In this document: positions 48,198 through 54,131 of the stretch, piece after piece
Layout: each line of letters starts with the position of its first letter
How positions within the stretch are numbered: the stretch's first letter is position 1
Assembly (NCBI GenBank): GCA_024408565.1
Contig: JAKSUW010000005.1
Location: 1-54,131, forward strand
DNA: 54,131 bases
Reading direction: 5' to 3'
Origin: Bacilli bacterium
GTDB taxonomy: Bacteria; Bacillota_I; Bacilli_A; RFN20; CAG-826
Made by a program: the position numbers and the translations under genes
Notes under the pieces: model-generated
Databases searched by the model: none
What the model was told of the DNA's origin: nothing
The model's input: only the letters and a program-made list of their open reading frames with translations

Positions 48198-49493
48198 ATG
48201 CTATTTAGAAAAGTTACAGATAAAATAGATAATTGGTATAAAAGCAACAAAACCGCATTGTTAATCGACGGCGCACGTCAAGTCGGTAAAACCACTATTA
48301 TTGAAGAATATCTTAATAATAGCGGCATAGATTATGTCGAATTTAATTTGTTTGATAACAAAATTGCCTGCAACGCATTTAATACCGCCATTGATGCCGA
48401 AGATCTATTACTTAAATTATCAGCAATTGCCAAAAAACCTATGACTAAAGGAAAAACTGTAATATTCGTTGATGAAGCTCAAGAGGCTGATGATGCAATT
48501 ACACCTATTAAATTTTTAGTAAAGAACGGCAGTTACCGTTTTATATTTTCTGGGTCTTTACTAGGGGTCAAAATGAAAGATATACAATCCATTCCGATTG
48601 GGTTTATGTCAGTTATTAATATGTATCCAATGGACTTTGAAGAATTCTTAATTGCTAATTCGGTTAATAAAGATACCATCGGATATTTAAAACTTTGCTA
48701 TCAACAATTTAAACCAGTTGATAGCGATATACATAGACAAATCATGAATATCTTTAATAAATACCTTGTTGTAGGCGGTTTGCCAAAAGCGGTTAAAGAA
48801 TATGTTGAAACTAATAACATTGATAAAGTAAGAGATGCTCAACGTGATGTCGATAAAGGCTATTTAATGGACGTTGCAAAATATAATTACGCTGAGAAAT
48901 TACTAATAGATGATATATATGAACTAATTCCCAGTGAGTTGAATGCCAAAAATAAGCGCTTTATCATTAAATCGTTAGATAAGAAAGCTAGATATTACAC
49001 TTATGAATCAAGTCTTGTGTGGTTAAAGAATAGTGCGATTGGTTTATTCACTTATACAGTCGATGAACCAGTATATCCACTTAGAGCGAGTGTTAAAAGA
49101 CAATTATTTAAGTTATTTTTATGCGATACCGGTTTATTAGTATATAAGTTAACTAAAAACACCGCCGCTAAGATATTAACTGGTCATATTAATATCAATT
49201 ATGGTTCAATCTATGAATCAATAGTCGCGCAAGAATTAACAGCGCATGAGATTCCTTTATATTATTACAACAACAAGAAGCATGGAGAGGTTGATTTCTT
49301 AATCGAAGACAATGATCAAATCATTCCAATCGAAGTAAAAAGTGGAAAAGACTACGATAGACACGTCGCATTAAACCAATTAATGAACATTGAAAATTAC
49401 CACATTAATAAAGCGTATGTTTTGTATAACGGAAATGGTGAGATTAAAGGTAAAAAAATATATATGCCAATCTATTTTGTGATGTTTATATGA
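48198..49493 (+). CDS. AAA_14 + DUF4143 family ATPase with C-terminal PD-(D/E)XK-like domain
   Basis: GARQVGKT, FVDEAQ, SGS, YPMDFEEF, GGLP, KLFLCDTG, EVDF...IPIEVKSG; RBS AGGAG before ATG 48198. Confidence 0.88.
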   Translation: MLFRKVTDKIDNWYKSNKTALLIDGARQVGKTTIIEEYLNNSGIDYVEFNLFDNKIACNAFNTAIDAEDLLLKLSAIAKKPMTKGKTVIFVDEAQEADDAITPIKFLVKNGSYRFIFSGSLLGVKMKDIQSIPIGFMSVINMYPMDFEEFLIANSVNKDTIGYLKLCYQQFKPVDSDIHRQIMNIFNKYLVVGGLPKAVKEYVETNNIDKVRDAQRDVDKGYLMDVAKYNYAEKLLIDDIYELIPSELNAKNKRFIIKSLDKKARYYTYESSLVWLKNSAIGLFTYTVDEPVYPLRASVKRQLFKLFLCDTGLLVYKLTKNTAAKILTGHININYGSIYESIVAQELTAHEIPLYYYNNKKHGEVDFLIEDNDQIIPIEVKSGKDYDRHVALNQLMNIENYHINKAYVLYNGNGEIKGKKIYMPIYFVMFI

Positions 49494-50984
49494 TTAAAAT
49501 TGACATTGATGAATTTATCAAGGATATTAATAACAATATCAAAAATTACGCTACGGATTATGAGCGAGTCGGCATTGACTTTAAAACCATCACCCAAAAT
49601 CAAATTAATATTCTTTACGAACGAACACTGTCCTCAATAACTAATTATTTTATCTATACCGAATTTCAAAAACTAAAAACCAATGTAGAATTATGGGCGA
49701 ACGAAACAAAAATACTTTTTGAAAACGGGATTAACGCTTTTGATTTTTCCGATTTAAAGAAAGAAGTAGGCTTAAAGTCAAAAAGTAAATCATATAGAGA
49801 AATGTGGAAAAATTATTGTGTGCCAGATGGCCTTTTTGTTATTAATGATATTATGTACGAGCCATTCTATCTATTTGTCGAGTACAAATTAAACCAAGAC
49901 TTAGTATATATTGATTTAGCATTAGATTACCTAAAATATAAAGCATACACATACAAAAGCCGTTTAAAGTCAGCCTTTGCATTTGTTATATTTGATAAAA
50001 ACGAAAAATATCCAACAATTATTAGTTCAAGTCCCCCGTATTTCCAAATACTAAACAAGACAATTTCGCCATCTATGGATATGGAAAAAAGGGTGTGCAT
50101 ATATAAAAATTTAGAAATTAAAGACGATGACAGTGATTTTGACTTCAACGAATTAAGTGACTCAATACAACAGTTTACCGAATTGTCTACTTTATCATCG
50201 GATATCCTATGTTACGAAGATAAAATCGGACTAATTGCAGACGATAATATTTTTATAAATTCTATGGAAAAGTTTAACAAGCGTATTATTAATGCTCAAA
50301 TTATTAGAGATAATTACAGTTACATAGTGGCTATGTGGAATGCTTGCGAAAAGAACAAAGTGTTTGATGATATTTATAAGGATTTTGATTTAAATTTTAA
50401 AGAAGAATTAACAGACGAAAAAATAATCGATGAAGGATCGCATTATTCTGCATGCTTTGATGAGAGCATTAATTTAAAGGCTAGAGTTCGAGCAATGGAG
50501 GACGGAATAAGAGGTTCTTCTTATGCATCTTTTAATGTAATAGTTCTCATTGATTATTTTAATAATTATTTTGGTATTGATAAAACTATTATTCCTATGT
50601 ATGGCAAAACAAAAATCGGAAGGAATATTAAAGAAAAAGAAGAAATAGATTTCAATAAAACAGCGATGGCACAAAAAGCAAAAATAGATAGACATTATGG
50701 AAATGACTTACAAAAAGGCAAAAAAATTAGAAAATTAACATATGCGTTAATGTATTACATAAAAAAAATTATATGAAACTATCTATGAGATAAATGAAAA
50801 TAATGCAATCGGAGAATATAATGAGGCCTATAAAAGCTATGTTTTAGCTGGTCAATTCAACGAAAAAATAGAAAAAATCAGTCGGCGTTTTAAATATACA
50901 AAACCAATAAAATTGAATATAAATTTAAGAAATACAAAAGCAGAGTTATTAAAACTAGTTGAACACATTATTACAAAAATATAA
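49490..50984 (+). pseudogene. Putative PD-(D/E)XK nuclease, frameshifted at an A8 tract (428 aa as read; 497 aa with A7)
   Basis: VPDG...FVEYK motif; ATGA overlap with the ATPase; removing one A at 50761-50768 extends the ORF by 71 codons to TAA 50982-50984. Confidence 0.65.
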
Positions 50985-50988
50985 ACAA

Positions 50989-51696
50989 CTACAAAATTAT
51001 TCTAATTTCGCGTGGTAAAGACCAAAAAACTTGATATTTATAATTATTTTGGTGTTTTAAAAAAGCATCATCAATTTCCTTTTTTATCTCATTTTTGAAT
51101 TCAGAGGGCAGGTGAATAATCAAATTACTAATACTACTAGTTAAGCCCTTCTTCATTTTGCCTTCTAGCATGGTAGTACATAAGTCTTTTTGATTAAGAA
51201 GAAACTTATTATGCCCGACTTTATTTCTGAGTGCCACTAAAGCTTTTTTATTCGCTTTTGTTTCAACATTCGGGAAAAGTGCAACAAAATCCTCGTCTGG
51301 TAAATGATATGCCACGTCGACTAGATTGCTAAAAAGATCATATGATAATAAATCAAATGTTTTATTGCTGTTTTTTGATAGTTTTCTTGCATCTTCTCCT
51401 ATAAATTTATTACATCCATTAGGCAAATCTTTCTCTAAAGAATACTTATTAGATATATAGGCCCGCATATTTTCTTCTAAAAAGCCCAAAAATTTATATA
51501 GTATCCTTCTAATACGCTTGTCATATCTCATTGTTGAAGCCACTTCACAATAAGTAGGGGTTCTATTTAGTTTCTTTTTGAGAAAATTAGCAACATTGAT
51601 ATGCTCTTGAATCCCGCGCCTGTCTAAATACACCTTAGCAGATTCTATCTCATCAGGTTCAATCTTAACTAATTTGAAAAAACTATCGTAATCCAT
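50989..51696 (-). CDS. Compact Abi-like HEPN domain protein
   Basis: RYDKRIRRILYKFLGFLEENMR (Abi_2-like) and LRNKVGH (RxxxxH). Confidence 0.75.
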   Translation of the reverse strand: MDYDSFFKLVKIEPDEIESAKVYLDRRGIQEHINVANFLKKKLNRTPTYCEVASTMRYDKRIRRILYKFLGFLEENMRAYISNKYSLEKDLPNGCNKFIGEDARKLSKNSNKTFDLLSYDLFSNLVDVAYHLPDEDFVALFPNVETKANKKALVALRNKVGHNKFLLNQKDLCTTMLEGKMKKGLTSSISNLIIHLPSEFKNEIKKEIDDAFLKHQNNYKYQVFWSLPREIRIIL

Positions 51697-52312
51697 ATTT
51701 TTGTTCTAGCTCATTAACCGTTTCTAGTAATAGGGAAAAAGAATCTTTATCTTTAGACCTATTTTTCTTTATTAAATATAACTCTTTAATTTCTACCCAA
51801 TATCCCATCCTTTTTAATTTAGTGAATCGTTCTTGGAAATTCTTAGATTTAGGTATTCTCCCCCATATGTATGCATTGTTTGGTTTATCATAGTATAATT
51901 TGTACCATTTATGATTCTTTTCATCATCAAACATTATTGCGAAATCAGCCGAATATCTATATCCATTAATCTTAAAATTATTACTCTTAATGGTAATAGC
52001 GGATGTTGAATCACAAACATGGGTGTCTTTGGGCAAGCATTCTCTAAATGCGTTCATAATTGTTAATTTGAATTTTTTGGCATCATTAGTAATACCGATT
52101 TTATCTTTTTGAATCATTAAGTTGTAATCTAAATCAATATGCCCATTAGAATCAACTGTAATTAAATTTCTTTTAGCGCTTCCAACGAGGTTGAAAGAAA
52201 AAGTAAATTGACATCTAACAATATTTTGGGTCTTTAAAATAACATTATCAAAATAATTAATTAATTTTAATCTAACTGCTGAAACATTTAAATAAGAATA
52301 GTTATACTTCAT
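51683..52312 (-). CDS. Pol-beta superfamily nucleotidyltransferase (compact SMODS/CD-NTase-like)
   Basis: hGS motif LVGSAKR, DLD, DSTSAITIK strand, third Asp in SADFAI. Confidence 0.7.
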   Translation of the reverse strand: MKYNYSYLNVSAVRLKLINYFDNVILKTQNIVRCQFTFSFNLVGSAKRNLITVDSNGHIDLDYNLMIQKDKIGITNDAKKFKLTIMNAFRECLPKDTHVCDSTSAITIKSNNFKINGYRYSADFAIMFDDEKNHKWYKLYYDKPNNAYIWGRIPKSKNFQERFTKLKRMGYWVEIKELYLIKKNRSKDKDSFSLLLETVNELEQKYGLR

Positions 52313-53360
52313 TTCTATAATGTTTCAAATGTTGCTTTATAGATCTTCCGATAACTTGTCCTAGTTTTACAGGAACAGCATTTCCTATATGTCTAGCAAT
52401 TGTATTCATTGAAAAAGGAATTTTTGGATCAATAAAATTATATTTTTTTGGAAAAGTCTGAAGAATAGCCCCCTCTCTTAAAGAAATCGCTCTATTTTGA
52501 TTTGGGTGTCCGAATCTTCCTGTACCATAACTATAAAATTCTGTAGTAATAGTAGGCCCAATTTTCCCCCAACTCATTCTTCCATAAACAGAAGAATAGG
52601 TGATGCCAGACTTTTTTTTGTGGCAACTGCATAATAGTGACTTTGGCCAATCTTTCCAAGTCCCCCCTTGTTTGGAGGCTTTAATACGCATTAAGTTCTT
52701 TTTAGACAAAGCAGCAGATCGATGTAGTGGATCTTTTGGATATATTTCGCCGGCTTCTATCGGCGGCATGTTACATATAAAAGAATTTATATTTACTTTT
52801 TTTCTATCATGAGTCGGCTTGATTAAATCTATATTACCTAATTTTGATGCCAATAAAACGAATCTGTGCCTATTTTGTGGAATTCCATAATCTGGACAAT
52901 AAACCACTTCTCCGCCACTTGTATAATAACCATTATCATTAAGAATACTGACAAAGTCTTTATATACATTAGTTTTTCTTATAGCAGGAACGTTTTCCAT
53001 AGAAATAATGGTAGGCTTTAATTCTTTAACTATTCTTCCAAATTCCATAAGCAAATCATATTTATCATCACTTTCTCGAGGCACATTCTTAAAACGCTTA
53101 AAACTCATATTTGAAAAGGGTTGGCATGGTGCACACCCAACCAAAATATGAATAGATTTTGGTGAATAATACTTTTTTATATCATTTCCTCTAACAAAAC
53201 GAATATTTTTGTTAACAAATTGAGTTTTATTATTATGCTCATAAGCATATTTACATGTTGCATCATTGTCAAAACCTGCAATAACTTTTAAACCGCTTCT
53301 TTTTAATCCGCAAGTTAAGCCGCCTACTCCGCAAAACAAATCAACAACTTCTATATCCAT
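52302..53360 (-). CDS. DNA (cytosine-5) methyltransferase
   Basis: DLFCGVGG (I), GCAPCQPFS (IV), MENV (VI), PQNRHR (VIII), LREGAILQTFP (IX), IGNAVP (X). Confidence 0.95.
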   Translation of the reverse strand: MDIEVVDLFCGVGGLTCGLKRSGLKVIAGFDNDATCKYAYEHNNKTQFVNKNIRFVRGNDIKKYYSPKSIHILVGCAPCQPFSNMSFKRFKNVPRESDDKYDLLMEFGRIVKELKPTIISMENVPAIRKTNVYKDFVSILNDNGYYTSGGEVVYCPDYGIPQNRHRFVLLASKLGNIDLIKPTHDRKKVNINSFICNMPPIEAGEIYPKDPLHRSAALSKKNLMRIKASKQGGTWKDWPKSLLCSCHKKKSGITYSSVYGRMSWGKIGPTITTEFYSYGTGRFGHPNQNRAISLREGAILQTFPKKYNFIDPKIPFSMNTIARHIGNAVPVKLGQVIGRSIKQHLKHYRNEV

Positions 53361-53482
53361 ATTTTGTGTTCATTAACAAGAATATCATAGCACTTATATT
53401 TTTTGAATATAACAATATTAAAAAATATTTGTATATTTCAGTATACAATGTGTTATTGTTAACATATATAGGGGATTTATTC

Positions 53483-54131
53483 ATGATGAACAAGAAATAT
53501 AAATTGGAGATTGATCCGAGAATTTTAACCGTTTTAAGCCAAAATTTATATTCTAATCTTTACTATGTTCTGTCCGAACTTATTGCTAATGCTTATGATG
53601 CTGACGCGCATAATGTCTATATTAAAATTGATAATTCTACTGTGATTGTTGAAGACGATGGTTGCGGCATGAACAATGATGAAGTAGATAAATATTTAAT
53701 TGTTGGAAACGAATCTAGGAATAGCGAAGCGAATGCAAAAACTAAATTAGGGAGAAATAAAATTGGCAGAAAAGGGATTGGAAAACTTTCCGCATTATCT
53801 ATTTCTACAGAATATAAATTATTAACGAAACAAAATGGCGTTACTAATGGTTTTATTGTTAGAAATAATATAAAACGCGATGAATATCTAACATCAATTG
53901 AAGTTAAGGACGAAATGTTTGAATTTATTAAAGAAACCAAAACTGGAACTAGAGTTGAAATATTTAATGCTAATTTCCAATTTAACGATGATATAGATAT
54001 AATTGCTAAGAATATATTAAAGATATTCCCTATTCTTTCAAAAGACTTTAAACTCAATATATTTTACAAAGATAAACATAAAGTTTTGCAAAATTATGAT
54101 GAAGAAATAATTCAACAGTTATCAACTTTAA
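53483..54131 (+). CDS. MORC/GHKL ATPase (HATPase_c_3), probable restriction component; 3'-truncated by the window edge and not in the ORF track
   Basis: Manual translation MMNKKYKLEIDPRILTVLSQNLYSN...SELIANAYDADA...EDDGCGM...GRKGIGKLS...GTRVEI; frame stays open to the window end. Confidence 0.88.
   Translation, partial: MMNKKYKLEIDPRILTVLSQNLYSNLYYVLSELIANAYDADAHNVYIKIDNSTVIVEDDGCGMNNDEVDKYLIVGNESRNSEANAKTKLGRNKIGRKGIGKLSALSISTEYKLLTKQNGVTNGFIVRNNIKRDEYLTSIEVKDEMFEFIKETKTGTRVEIFNANFQFNDDIDIIAKNILKIFPILSKDFKLNIFYKDKHKVLQNYDEEIIQQLSTL

Larger units (their letters stand above)
41899..54131. mobile_element. AT-rich defence/accessory island (no integrase in window; extends past the right edge)
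   Basis: Visible shift to AT-rich sequence immediately upstream of the S10 promoter; clustered HEPN, OLD, PD-(D/E)XK, NTase, MTase and MORC genes. Confidence 0.7.

Noticed and set aside
52302-53360. Assigning GTCGAC specificity to the methyltransferase
   Set aside because: The resemblance to M.HgiDII is from memory only; specificity cannot be read from the sequence without a REBASE comparison or methylome data
53617-54057. 146-aa minus-strand ORF from the track
   Set aside because: It is the antisense shadow of the plus-strand GHKL ATPase, which has clear motifs

Overview
Bacterial chromosomal segment, standard genetic code (TAA, TAG and TGA all end conserved genes). It looks Bacillota/Bacilli-like and is very compact; gene content is compatible with a reduced gut/rumen Bacilli lineage, which is inference only. 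1-13.7 kb: a Cys-rich repeat lipoprotein, a heterodimeric ABC exporter, upp, RDD, NUDIX, dacA, hpt, xpt, a heavy-metal P-type ATPase, glyA and an Mrp/NBP35 ATPase. 13.7-24.2 kb: a rearranged pyr operon (pyrC-carB-pyrK-pyrD-pyrF-pyrE-pyrB::pyrI Zn domain-permease) with no carA or pyrR. 24.2-26.5 kb: mazEF-like TA pair and a GH43 lipoprotein. 26.5-41.9 kb: the S10-spc-alpha ribosomal superoperon on the minus strand. It lacks rpmD, many r-proteins carry charged extensions, and secY is split by an in-frame TAG followed by a strong RBS and ATG. From 41.9 kb to the end is an AT-rich defence island. It holds an abiF-RNA/AbiF HEPN/Cas2-like module, an OLD-family ATPase-TOPRIM plus unknown partner, single genes separated by a structured ~126-bp direct repeat, and an AAA-DUF4143 ATPase plus a frameshifted PD-(D/E)XK protein. 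It ends with a coupled m5C methyltransferase-nucleotidyltransferase-HEPN operon divergent from a MORC/GHKL ATPase that runs off the window. No tRNA, rRNA, CRISPR array or integrase was seen. Family calls come from motif recognition only; no database searches were run.
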